Positions 25,222 through 36,699 of a DNA stretch of 64,000 nt are shown here, piece by piece. The stretch lies in the NCBI GenBank assembly GCA_050084985.1, contig JBITNC010000001.1, positions 138,136,001-138,200,000 of the forward strand, written 5' to 3'. The notes under the pieces were generated by a model that had not been told where the DNA came from, did no database searches, and saw only the letters and a list, made by a program, of their open reading frames with translations. Made by a program: the position numbers and the translations under genes. The DNA comes from Nageia nagi (taxonomy: Eukaryota; Plantae; Pinophyta). Position 1 is the first letter of the stretch. Each line of letters begins with the position of its first letter.

Positions 25222-28200
25222 ATGGCTTCTAGTATCAGACCACCTCCATCAAGGGCCAAGAAAATTCAAGGGCAACTATTTGAGAGACATGTGACCAAGA
25301 ACCAGATGGCTCGACTTTCGAAAGAGAGCCTGATTGAATTTCAAGAGAGAGAGAGAGACCAGAGCTCCCTAAGGCGAAATTCAATGGGAGATACACCTTT
25401 GTTGGTGACACATATTGGGGAAACCTGGACCCCATCCAGACTTTAGCCTCCACAGCTTTCATCAGTAAGGAGGACTTATCAAAAGAGCTCACCCACATAT
25501 GTGGCTTGTTCAATGCCAGTATGATGCCTTTTGCAGTACCTTTTCCTTATCAGAAGAGCTCACCCACACATGTGGCTTGTTCAACGCCACTATATGTGGC
25601 TTTTGCAGTACCTTTTCCTGACTTGTGCTACGAGGTAGCCAGGAAATGTGAATATGACAAGAGAGTCCTACGGGACATAGAGGGAAATGTGATCATGGAC
25701 TTCTCCCCTATTGGGATTGAAGCAGCCTTTGGCTGGAGAAGGTATGGTGACGATTACACTTTGGCATACTATGAAGAATTCCATGATTCCATGGCCCGCC
25801 TGGGGACTTCATTTGGCCCTAGTTACTGGAAGATTACCAAAATCCTTAAGGATAGAGGTTGATCAACGCTTTTAGAGAGGAGTTCTTGCCTGTTGTGGCC
25901 AAGTTGATCACTCTCTTGTCAATGGTTACTGGTTAGGAGAATGATACTAAGTATAGGAGGGAGTTCACAAGCTTCATTGTAGTTATCATCTTGGAGAGAG
26001 CTATTTGATGGGCTGGGGTAATTAGTGATGCCCTACACCATTCGTTAGCTTATTTTGGCTCCTTGAAGAGATTCTACATGAACTCCTATCTCGTATACTT
26101 GTTATTGCATGGCAAGGTTAGATCCAAGGAGCTGGCCAATGAAAGATATTTAGGACAAATGAGCGCTCCCGCGTGGCGAGCTTATCCAAAGTGGTCGTAC
26201 CAGAACAAGTTTCAGTATTTCTGTGAAAGAACTAACCAGTGGGAGTATGATATCTACAAAGATATCAAAGGGGATTCCTTGGTAAAGAGGATTTCTAATG
26301 CAGCTTTCCAAGCTATCAGTGTACATGCGGATTTCTTCTTGCAAAATGCTAACCATACATTCATTAGAGTCTATTGCTAAGAGGAGCAACCCCTACTCTT
26401 GCCAAGATATGCCAACGATAGGCTCATCCTCATGGAATTTGCCAGGCAACTTTTGTTCTTGAAAGAGAAAGTCTGAAAGAAGAAGAACACGACCGTTAAC
26501 TTGCCTATTTCAATAGCAAGATATGCATGTCAGACGTAGGTTGAGGTAGCCGATACAAAGAAGGAACTGCAACAATACACCTTTTCCAAGGAGGTAGTTG
26601 CAAGAAACTATGATCCTAGGGGCATAATTGCACATTTCTACAACACTGCATTCCACAAACCTATTGTGTTTCCGCATAAGTCTTTGGGGAGTGTGTAGAA
26701 GTACTGAAACGTGCAAGATGAGGAGGAGATTGCAAAGATAGATGCTCTTTTGAGCAAGAAAAAGGCTTTCCTTCAGGTAGAAAAACCACCTTAGATATTT
26801 CTAACTACAAAGCCTATATCTAAGGAGATCCCTCTCAGGATCAATTCGTCTCCTCCTCTTGCTCATACTGCATCTCTACCAATTTTTGGAAAGAGGCAAG
26901 AGGCTCCAAGGGAACACATTCCGGGCCCTAGCAAGCGCAACGTAGTAATGGCTGATCTCAAGGACATTGGCTATTGCACTCTCCCTTCGGATCTACTGGA
27001 TGATGTAGTAGGTGAGGCTTGTGCCAATGATTCACCCACGAAAGTGGTCCCTTCCAGGTTCACTCATTCTCCTGGATGCAGAGAGAAAGTTCCCCTATTA
27101 CAACCAAGTTCTAGTTCCAGTTCTGAATGTTCCACTTCCTCTTCTGATGAAGAGACTGATGAAGAGCCCGACCATACAACAAAAGATTTTGGAGAAGAAT
27201 CGGAAAGCTGTGGTGGAAGAGAAGAAGAGGAAGAAGAAGATGATGATGATGCTACCATTGTTCCTGAGCAAGAAGATGTAGCTATAGGTGCCTTTGCACC
27301 TGATGAGATGGAGATTGAAACTCTCCCAGATGATAATGAGATAGTAGACATTGGAACATATGATGATGACATCTAGATTGTTGGAGAAAAATGTGCTAGA
27401 GAGGTGGGTGCCTTCAAACCCTCTCCTGCTGAGCATAGGAAGAAGTCCCCTTCCTCTTCGCATAAATCCTCCACAAAGAGGACGAGCCATGAGAGATCTC
27501 CCCAGCCACGGAGTAAAGAAATATCTATAGGCAGTGATGGAGGAGATGAAGAGGATGAAGGAGAGACTGAGGAACTAAAGAAGAAGAGAAGGCAGGAAGA
27601 GCACCAAGGCAAGGAGATTACCATAATTCAGACCACTCCAGCGAAAGAGGTCAAGAAGATCGATGAAGGACAATTGTTGGTTCAGAGATTCTCCCCCCAG
27701 CCAGTAACTGAGCATCCAAATCTTGACCTAGATGCCTGGCTAAAAACCCTCAGCATGAGTATGACTCATGATGAAGATATACATCAGGATTTGCTCTCTT
27801 AAGATGAGGAAGAGTAGCTTTCGGATGGTGAAAAGATTCGAAGGGTTAACACATTTGTTTCCACCTCCCAAAAGGAAATCTCCATCAGCCTTTGCTATTT
27901 AAAGGAGAAACACCCTCAGAGAGTAGAATACTGTGTCATCGAGACATTCAAGATGCTCGTGAAGCTAGGATTGATAGCTCGAAAACATGTAGTTACTCAA
28001 AATGTTGTAGTCATGGAGCAGGAGGGGTCAAAGCCAAGGAGGTAAAGAGGTTGAAAAAGGAACTCACGGCTAGCAGGAAGGTCATCAAGGAGTTCCAGAA
28101 GATCAATACTACCCCTTTAGATCTGTAGAAGCAAACCTCTTTCCATGAGGGATGAGAATTGATGAAGGAGCAGCTGAAGAAGGAAATGATGGAGGCTATC

Positions 28201-28800
28201 GAGAGATTGTCTTCTCGAATTTACAAGCTCCTTGCTGAAGGTGTGGAAATTAGGGACCTTAAGATGCAAATCTCAGTGCACCTTAGCACGTTGAATAGCC
28301 ATCTTCCCAACATCTCCCATTTGCAGCATATTTACGCTAACAATCTTGAGAAGTTAGTCTACTGCCACGAGTTCACATACCATCATGATTGGTTGAACCA
28401 CACACTTGAAAAGTGCAACATAGTCTTGAAGATTAGAATCCCCTTGGGAAAGGAGGTCGAGGAATAGATGAGTGAATATGCCTATTAGCTCATGTTCCAA
28501 CAAGAGGACAACAATGTGAGAAAGGAGGCGGCATTGGCAAAGGCTTAGAACCTGATATAGGAGCATCTTGACATCGATGATCTCAGCTTGCTAAAGGTAG
28601 GGCATCCTATCGTCTATGAAAGACGGATGGTCATCTGGAGTCAGATGCAGGCTACATCAAAGAAGATAGAGGATTGCTTTCAGTAGAATGGTAGCACCGT
28701 TGGCATGATTTCTAAGGGCGTGTAGAAGACTATGGCGTTCTTGGAGGAGACCATTTAGTCGTATGGTCTCATCGAGGAGTGGAACTCTGCCAGTATCAGA
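25222..28800 (+). pseudogene. Decayed retrotransposon accessory ORF (globular N-terminal domain, acidic/Ser-rich linker, coiled-coil C-terminus)
   Basis: Collinear + strand fragments: FPDLCYEVARK...IEAAFGW, FYMNSYLVYLL, DFFLQ..HTFIRVY...PLLLPRYANDRLILMEFARQL; D/E/S tract 26948-27800; heptad-rich 28000-28700. Confidence 0.7.
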
Positions 28801-30664
28801 TCAGATCTGGCCTAGGTCTGATCCATCTGTAGATTCTGTCTGCGGTATTTGATCTTTTGTTTAAATGCATATTTGATGGTGGTTGTTATGTTAGACACTA
28901 TTTCACTTGATTTGACTGGTGTAGGGATGTGTTTTTACTCCTGCCAGGTTCATATCTTTCTGACTCATTTATGACTCTGACCGGTATAGGGATGAGGTTT
29001 TGCTCTCGTCGGTTCAGGTGTCAGACTTCTTTATTGCTTATCTGATTCACTTTTGAGTAGCTTAGATGTAGATTAATTGTATGTTAGTTGTGGCATGTAT
29101 ATTTTGTCAGTTTTTTAAGTACCACTTGCATTGATTCATGTAAGCAATTTGATTTTCTATCGGTATGTGTGTTGCATGTGTGCACACCATATCAGATTCG
29201 ATGCCTTTAGGGCAACACCTCTAATGGCCTATTTATACCACATCCTGGCCATTTAGAAGGGGATTTTGCATTTGGGACTTTGCACTTGGAATACTACATA
29301 ATATCACACATTGTTGCACATGTGAGACTTTGCACTTAATAGAAATATTGCATATTGAGGATCTTTCATTTTGGGATGCTGGCTACAAGCTTTTGTATGT
29401 GTAAGAATTTCTGAGTTGCATTTGTTGTAACTGAGGTTTATTGTATTTCATATGAATGCAACGAGGTTTTCTACATATGTTTGGGTTGTTGCATCCTTAA
29501 GTATTTACATTCCATTGCATAGAGGTTTGCTGCATAAGGGGTTCTATGCATGTTCATCATTGAATATCATTATGAATGTATTTTTTTTGAGGAATGAGAT
29601 TATAAAGTTAATACTATGAAGGATGTCATTTGTGGGATCATGCCTATAGGAATAACTTTCCCCTTTGGAGTTGTATATTGAATATCCATTGAAGTGGTTT
29701 GAGTTTTTCTTTGCATGGTTTGCACGTAAGTGGATGTATTCTAAGGTTCATAGCTTGTCTTTATACCATTTAGTTAGGTTCTTGCACTCATGCCCTCACG
29801 CCCTTACTTCATTTATTTCTTCCCACCGAGTCTTCCACCAAGACTCTACAGCTTCTTGCTCTAATCTGGCAATGATTTGAGCAAATATTGCTAGTTGCTG
29901 CCCTGCTTGATAGTGAGTACATCGACCTTAATGAATCTGAAGATGACCTGCCGAGACATTGCATCACTGGTGATACCTTCATAAGTTCATTTTTCCTTGT
30001 ATTCCTTTGCATTTATCCCTGTGTTTATCCTTTCTTTTGTGATCCTTCTTCGCTTTCGTTCACATTTGTAGTCTTACCTTATTGTGGAAAGGAGTTCCGG
30101 CATTGTATTTCCCTTGTATACGGTTAACAACATGCATCTCTGACTACTGTGCCTTCAAGACCATATTCCATGTGAGCACTTGGGGTAACCAATCCTTTCA
30201 GGAGGAAACAAGTACTGCTTTTCCTCTAAGTCTTGTGCATGTTTTGGACTAGGAAAGAAAAACATGCCAACAGACCCCAAACTTGTTGCACCCAAGTTGT
30301 AATAAGTGTGGTGTTAGGAATTCATCCCAAAAATTATCCAACAAGGGTATGACTCTTAAAACCATTGAATGAAGACAAATTCGGAGGCATTTTTTTACAA
30401 AGTAGTACAACTTAATTACTCGTTTTGGAGGCAATTTCATAAATTCAAGCATTTTAAAAAATTATGGATATTATATTATTAATTTAATTTTTTAAATAAT
30501 AAATAAATATTTAATATTTATTATTTAAAATTTAAAAACAATAATAATATATTGAAATTTTATTTCAAACTTCTAAACATGTTGAATTTCTTTTTTATAT
30601 ATAATTTTTATGAATATTAATGGTTAATTTCTCAAGAATATTTAAAAATAATTTTTTTTAACAT

Positions 30665-30682
30665 TATATATATATATATATA
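30665..30682. repeat. (TA)n microsatellite
   Basis: Direct reading. Confidence 0.9.
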
Positions 30683-30932
30683 TTGCCGTACAACGTCATA
30701 TCCAAAATCTGGCCCAAACGGTCACTGTCTTCAGGACACGTCCCACCATACCCATCCTCGAAACTTCATGGAACATACTTTCTTACACCTTACTGCATAT
30801 TAGCTTCTCATTTTAACTTACATTGCATTGGCTTTTTCCTTCCTGTTTGTTCATCACTGTCATGTTTTCGACCATAAAACTTAACAACTTGTTCAATATT
30901 ATGATACTGATAATCCTACTTTGCTGCTGCAG

Positions 30933-30966
30933 GATCGAGGGGGCCCTGGTCTAGCCTCAAATTTTG
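30933..30966 (+). CDS. CSTF64: CstF-64 34-nt micro-exon (DRGGPGLASNF)
   Basis: tgcAG|GAT...TTTG|GTgag. Phase 0 in and phase 1 out fit both neighbours; GGPGL follows the RRM in plant CstF64. Confidence 0.85.
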
Positions 30967-31214
30967 GTGAGTTATCATTTTTTTCTTTGATAATAAAATA
31001 ATGGGACTGTTTGGGACTCTTAGATATAAGAGAAGAGTTGTCTTGCTTGCCTTTGTAGCAATCTGTCATGCTTGTAAATCCTTAGCTGTTTGTTTCTGGT
31101 ATTTAAATAATTTTAGGCTTTCATGAATTTGGATTAACTACATTATTTAGAAGTTTTGGTCTTCCTGATGTTAAGTTACTATTAAGTTACTATATGATTG
31201 ACATTTGCCTACAG

Positions 31215-31447
31215 ATAGTCAGAAGTACTCAGGTGGTGGTTCTACTACGGGAGATCCATCTATCAACCAGCCAATTGGCCTTTCAGCGGCAGCAATGGCA
31301 GCATCTATCATGGCAGGAGCTCTAGGGGGGGCACAGACAGGCATAACAAGTCAAGGTCAAAGTAATATTGGAGGGCCTGATCCTCTTACCCTTCATTTAG
31401 CTAGCATGTCCAAGAATCAGCTTTATGAGGTCCTATATGAGATGAAG
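31215..31447 (+). CDS. CSTF64: CstF-64 exon (linker and start of hinge domain)
   Basis: acAG|AT...AAG|GTa; QPIGLSAAAMAASIMAGALGG...DPLTLHLASMSKNQLYEVLYEMK. Confidence 0.93.
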
Positions 31448-31543
31448 GTACAGACATTGTTTGTTTGATTTCAAATGGATATTTAATATGCACCTTATGA
31501 ACAGGTTGGGCCTAATGTATCTCTAAAAACTTCCTAATTGTAG

Positions 31544-31621
31544 GCTTTAGCTCAGCAAAATCAACAGCAGGCTCGCCAGATTTTGGTTTCATATCCACAA
31601 TTTTCAAAAGCACTTTTCCAG
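31544..31621 (+). CDS. CSTF64: CstF-64 exon (hinge domain)
   Basis: tAG|GCT...CAG|GTgag; ALAQQNQQQARQILVSYPQFSKALFQ. Confidence 0.93.
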
Positions 31622-33036
31622 GTGAGTTACTCCTCTGAGAAATTGTCAAATACAATTTCTCAGTCTTGTTTTATGTTTTCTTTTGTTATCATCTTGGACC
31701 AAGTAGAGGAGACTTTCTTTAGCAAAATGTTTAGCCACTTAGCACTTCGACCAGTCTTCTGGTCAAGTGGTCTTCAACTGCTGGATATCCACCTGACCTA
31801 TGGAACTACTAGATATCACGAAAATTGGTTTACATTTTATTACTCGATTCTATAATATAATGTACTAAATGTTTCTTCCCTCAACATGTAGTTTTTGTGG
31901 ACTCAGTTTTTCTTTACAGCTGAGAATAATTTCAGTTTCATCCTTTTTATTCTCTCAGGAATCCTTTTTTCCTAACCTTTGCTCTCCTCATGGTTCCGAA
32001 AGCTGATATATTATAAAATCAAGATTTTTAACTGGTTCACCACTAACATTTCAGTTTTTTCCCCCTATTATCTGGCTAATATTGTTGAAAAATAATTTAA
32101 AAGAGTGACATAATGTTATAAACCAAGAAATAAAATTAACTGGGCAGAGAGATTGTATTTATGTTAATTTTTGCCTCTATTTTCCAACTAGCATTTATGA
32201 AAAAGCATTGAGAAACTGAATAAAAGGAGGAAATAAAATAAGAACCAAGGCCAATCAGTCCGTCATCTTTCTTTTCTGGCTATTTTTTGGTTTTTATGTA
32301 GCTACTGAATAGAGAATGCTTTTGATATGTATCCAATCTTCTTACCTGTATGCATAGGGATAATATACATGCAATTTTTCTGCAAAATGTATCTTTTTTT
32401 AAAGATTTGATTATAAAAAACGATTCTCTGAAATCATTCACTCAAACAGAATGTACTTGAGTACTTCCAGGCAAGTGTGGTTTGGTTAGAAAGCTGGCAA
32501 AAGCCTTAAGAACATATATGGTTAGGGAAATTTCTCAATATCATCTGAATTGTTTTATATTTAGAAGGGGGAGATTTCGAAACCCTTATCCAGAAACAAA
32601 CAAACAAAGAAATCTTTTCAAGTTATTAATGTGTTATGGAGTGATCAAGATAGATCAATGGGACTTGAGAAATAAAACAAGTGCGTGCCAATCTCCTTTT
32701 AAGCCTAAAGGGGGCTCTAAAATACAAGAGAACTAGACTACATCTTGCTCATAAGCTATACTTAATTTATATGAAATTAAGAATGGGACAAGAAAGAGGA
32801 GAGCAACTGTGTTTGCAAATGCACATGTATAGACGCAACCATGTGAGATGTCTAATAAAATGAAATGAACTTGTTATGTCAAATTGTCAATATCAGTTTA
32901 TGCTGCTGTTGAGATAGGTAGTTTGTGAACATTTTATATTGAACATTGTCATTTATACATACTTTGTTTTATGTTGATTATTCATTATGGCACGAGGCAT
33001 CTTATCTTAAAGATGTTTATTTCTTAAATATTGCAG

Positions 33037-33072
33037 ATAGAGATCATGCTTGGCTTGGTGCCTCAAAATATG
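33037..33072 (+). CDS. CSTF64: CstF-64 36-nt micro-exon (end of hinge, IEIMLGLVPQNM)
   Basis: ttgcAG|ATA...ATG|GTac; the IMLGLV motif ends the hinge. Confidence 0.85.
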
Positions 33073-33193
33073 GTACTTCATTTTTGTTTGTTTATTTCAA
33101 TTTCATAGCATTTAAAAGGATATTTTTAGCAATGTCTAGGATCTTTCTGCCAAAATGAGAACTCAGTATTAGTAAACAAATTATTCATTGCAG

Positions 33194-33748
33194 TTATCCA
33201 AATTTCGGCAATCTTCAAATACTTCTCCTCAACAAGCATCACAAACAGTTCAGGCAGATTCTGGGATACATTCTGGCCAACAGGATCAGATGCACTCGAG
33301 ACAGAATCAAATTCAACCTGGACAACAAACACAGACACAGCTTGGTCAGAACTGTCAGGTGCAATTGCTACAACAAATTCCCGCCCAAAACATACCAATG
33401 GGGCAGCCTCTGATTCAAAATCTACAGCAATCACACACTCAAGTCTCACAACCATTATTGCAATCTATACAACCAGTATCTCAAAATCTGCATGTACCAG
33501 TTCAACCTCCAATGCAGCCCCAAACTACAATGATACAGCCGCATGTTCCACCTATTATTTCAAGTCAGTCTCAACAATCTTCTATGCAGCCGGCTTTAGG
33601 GAATATACATTCACCACCACTGCCACAACAGCCAAGGCCATCTTTGCAATCCCATCAACCTTCTAGTCAAGTGCAAAGCCAGCAAACTCAAATGACATTT
33701 AAATCATCAACTTCTCTACATCAACAACAATCTCGGCCACCTTTCCAG
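33194..33748 (+). CDS. CSTF64: CstF-64 exon, Gln/Pro-rich low-complexity region
   Basis: ttgcAG|TTA...CAG|GTatg; 185 open codons including PPLPQQPRP. Confidence 0.88.
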
Positions 33749-33924
33749 GTATGGCTGCTATTTCTTTGGTTTTATATAGTATTTACTGACTTTATTTAGT
33801 TAATAGGTTTTCCAGATATGATGCCATTAAGTGCTTGTGCAAAAGGGTTGTTCCTTCACGCATGGTCTATGTAGGCATAATTTTTCATAAAACTTGTAGC
33901 TCACAAAGTGATTTACTGTTCTAG

Positions 33925-34023
33925 CATCTGGGAAACCATCTGCAATCAGCCACGGTGATTCCTTTTCAGAAGCATACTCAACTGCCATTGCCAAATCTAC
34001 CATCTCTTCAGCAATCGTATCAG
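33925..34023 (+). CDS. CSTF64: CstF-64 exon (HLGNHLQSATVIPFQKHTQLPLPNLPSLQQSYQ)
   Basis: ctAG|CAT...CAG|GTaaat, 99 nt, phase 0/0. Confidence 0.8.
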
Positions 34024-34593
34024 GTAAATGGGTTTCTGGTATGCATGATCTAAATTAATATTTGTTACATCAGATTAATCTCCCAATTGAATGCAGCAGT
34101 GACATCCCTGAGCTCGTCCTCTTGGGAAGGAGTGTGTTTTGCACAACCCCATTATACACCTCTGTACATCAATAAAAACCAAAGAGGAAACGAAAATGCT
34201 AGTTCCTCACCTGCACTGCTCTTTTTTGCAGAGTTTTTTTTTTACTCTGTCCACTTTTCCATGCTTGCTAGCATATTTTACATTGTTTTTTACCTTTCAT
34301 TCATACAGATAATGGTGATTTTTAACTTGCCAGAACACATCCTGGTCTGCAAGATATGTATATTTTGTTATCTTGTTGCTTGCATACACCTAAGAATCCA
34401 TAACGTTTAATCATTTATAGTTAAAATCACCTACCTCTGAACATCTAAATTAAGTATACACAAACATAAATTGACATTACATTAGTAGATTATTATTCAT
34501 TTAGAAATACCAAGTTTATTATTCTGAAGAATGATTTCTTTCAATAGCATTTAGAAAAGTCGACCAAATATTTGAATTGTATGTTGCTGGATA

Positions 34594-34781
34594 TTTTTAT
34601 TAGATCATTTAGAGTATTCTCTATTTGTAAATTCTTCTCCATTCCTGCTCATAACCTCTGAAAGGGGACTTGGTGGAAAATATAATTCAATGGATGTTTT
34701 TATTAGATCATTTAGAGTATTCTCTATTCCTGCTCATAACCTCCAAAAAGGGACTTGGTGGAAAATATAATTCAATGGATT
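34594..34781 (+). repeat. Intronic tandem duplication (~100 bp and ~85 bp copies)
   Basis: TTTTTATTAGATCATTTAGAGTATTCTCTATT...ATTCCTGCTCATAACCTC...GGGACTTGGTGGAAAATATAATTCAATGGAT occurs twice. Confidence 0.9.
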
Positions 34782-34836
34782 TCTAATTCTTCTGATTATC
34801 TTTGCAAGATCACTTAGTTTAAACTTTTCATTGTAG

Positions 34837-35286
34837 GTCGGTTCTGTCAATCCATCTGTCACAATATCAAGTGTAGAATCTGATGCAGTTGGCCAGAGTA
34901 GTGGGCTACACACTTTAGGTACTGATGGTGCAGTCCAAGAGGGAGGAGGACCTAAATCGCTTAAATATTTGATTCCCAGGGGGAATGATGTATCCTGGGC
35001 ACAGGTTCCCTTATCAACTGGAGGTTTACATTTTCCAGCAGTATCATCAGGGATGGCTGAGCCAGTTATTATGTCTAGGGACTTGACATCATGTTTGAAT
35101 TCTTCCCCATCACATCCTATTATAGAAGATGGCAGCAATAGAGATTATAAAGCTGAGAGTGGTGGCACCGGTGGAATAATCTCTGGGTCTTCAGACAATG
35201 TTGTAGGAACTAGTGTTGCTTATTCCCAAGGGCTCAGCAACACATCTGTTGGGATGCCTCAACCACAACAACCTATGACCGAGGTG
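34837..35286 (+). CDS. CSTF64: CstF-64 exon, Ser/Gly-rich region
   Basis: tgtAG|GTC...GTG|GTAAGT; 450 nt open in phase 0. Confidence 0.78.
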
Positions 35287-35458
35287 GTAAGTGTGGGTTT
35301 ACCTTTAACCTGTGAACGAAACAACATATTATGGCCATATGTAGCAAATTTCTTGGGTGTTTAGTTTGTGCTGCAGTATTATGCTTTACGTGTAAAGTTC
35401 ATTTGAATATGCATCCCAACTGTTTCTGACCTGATGACTGTCTGTCTCTCTGATCCAG

Positions 35459-35593
35459 ACACAATTGCCTCTAGAAATGCAGTCTGCACTGCTGCAACAA
35501 GTTATGAATCTTACAACAGAGCAGATTAAGTGTTTGCCACCTGACCAGCAGCAGCAAGTGTTTCAGCTGCAACATTTGTTACGCAACAAATAA
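35459..35593 (+). CDS. CSTF64: CstF-64 last coding exon, CSTF C-terminal domain, stop TAA
   Basis: ccAG|ACA...; SALLQQVMNLTTEQIKCLPPDQQQQVFQLQHLLRNK* matches the CstF64/Rna15 C-terminal motif. Confidence 0.93.
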   Translation, partial: TQLPLEMQSALLQQVMNLTTEQIKCLPPDQQQQVFQLQHLLRNK

Positions 35594-35880
35594 TATAGTT
35601 AGATGCTTTTGTTTTTATAGCTCTAATCTATTTAATCAGAGCATGGAAGCTTGCAAAGGAACATAGCTGGTCAATTTTTGTTCCTTTTCAAGTATTATTT
35701 CTTTGTAGCATTTGTTCTTGTTTGATAAAAAAGCAGCAATAATACAAATGAGTATTATTTATTCTCTCTTTTGGACCATTTATGCTCTTCATTGAATTCT
35801 CTGTTTGTTCAACAAGAATTTTTAGATTCTGAATCCGATTTATGTGTCTATTTGTTAAAACACATCTTGCTATGATGCCA

Positions 35881-36072
35881 ATAATTTGATTACAGTAATA
35901 GGCTGTCCTTATTTCAAGGTTGTAGAAATGAAATAGCACGTAATAGACTCTAGTAATTTGATTACAGCAATAGGCTGTCTATTTAGCCACATTGATTACA
36001 GTAATATGTGAATGTAGTTGTTTTTACAGGAATAGCCAACTATTTTTTTAAAATACAATAATTTGATTACAT
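35881..36072 (+). repeat. Four TTGATTACA-core repeats in the CSTF64 3' region
   Basis: TAATTTGATTACAG(T/C)AATAGGCTGTC at ~35882 and ~35954; partial copies at ~35992 and ~36059. Confidence 0.75.
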
Positions 36073-36699
36073 CATTCAATTTAGCCATATTCATTCTTCT
36101 TGCTCTTACTGCTGATTGGCTCTAACTTATACATGCAATTGTAAGAGGGCTGAGTCATTTAATAAGTGATGGGCTGATAAACATATAGCAGCCAGAGCTT
36201 GCAGAAGACATTTATATAATGTGACCTTGGTCCATAATTGTTTATTATTAACTCTTTTATGTATTATAACATGATGTAATTAGCAATGCAAGCCAAGGTT
36301 TTCACAGAGGAAGGGGTACTCTTGTAATTTGAATAGGAGTATTTTTTTGTACCTAAATATCTTCATTGAAGGATGGTAGGGAGGGGGGAGACCATAGATC
36401 CAAATGAGGACCATAATTAACATCAACACGCTTCACTACTATGAAACTTGGGTACGAATAACGCTCCTCAATAAGGAGTGGATATCGTAGTGCCTGAAGC
36501 ATGCCATTTAATTGTTACAATTATGATTATGAAAATAAGAACAGCAGTATCCATTAATGATGGAGCGAGAACTGTAACACACCATTCTGTGAAAGCGCCT
36601 GAATTAATGAAGACATGGAAGATTTGGAAATTATATAGAGGAAAGAGTGGAGACAGACGAGGAAACTTTTTCAGCAATCTAGCCAAAGCATCAGAGCAA

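Larger units (their letters stand above)
17484..30265 (+). mobile_element. LTR-like unit (~7.2 kb after removing the nested LINE): giant solo LTR or truncated Gypsy-type element
   Basis: ATGTTT...AAACAT termini flanked by GCCAA (17479-83, 30266-70); LTR-like promoter and 3' end 29200-30264; no gag/pol and no second LTR copy seen. Confidence 0.55.
17311..30778 (+). mobile_element. hAT-type MITE split into two halves (~17311-17483 and 30266-30778)
   Basis: ACGTCCC subterminal motifs in both halves; 3' end CATGGAACATAC resembles the hAT TIR GTGGAACATTG; 5' TIR and TSD not resolved. Confidence 0.5.
3698..30932 (+). other. 27,235-bp TE-filled intron of CSTF64
   Basis: GT at 3698, AG at 30931-32; flanking exons join in frame (NREQ|DRGGPG). 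Confidence 0.85.

Noticed and set aside
27064-27624. Ser-rich minus-strand ORFs
   Set aside because: They are antisense shadows of the acidic + strand accessory ORF.
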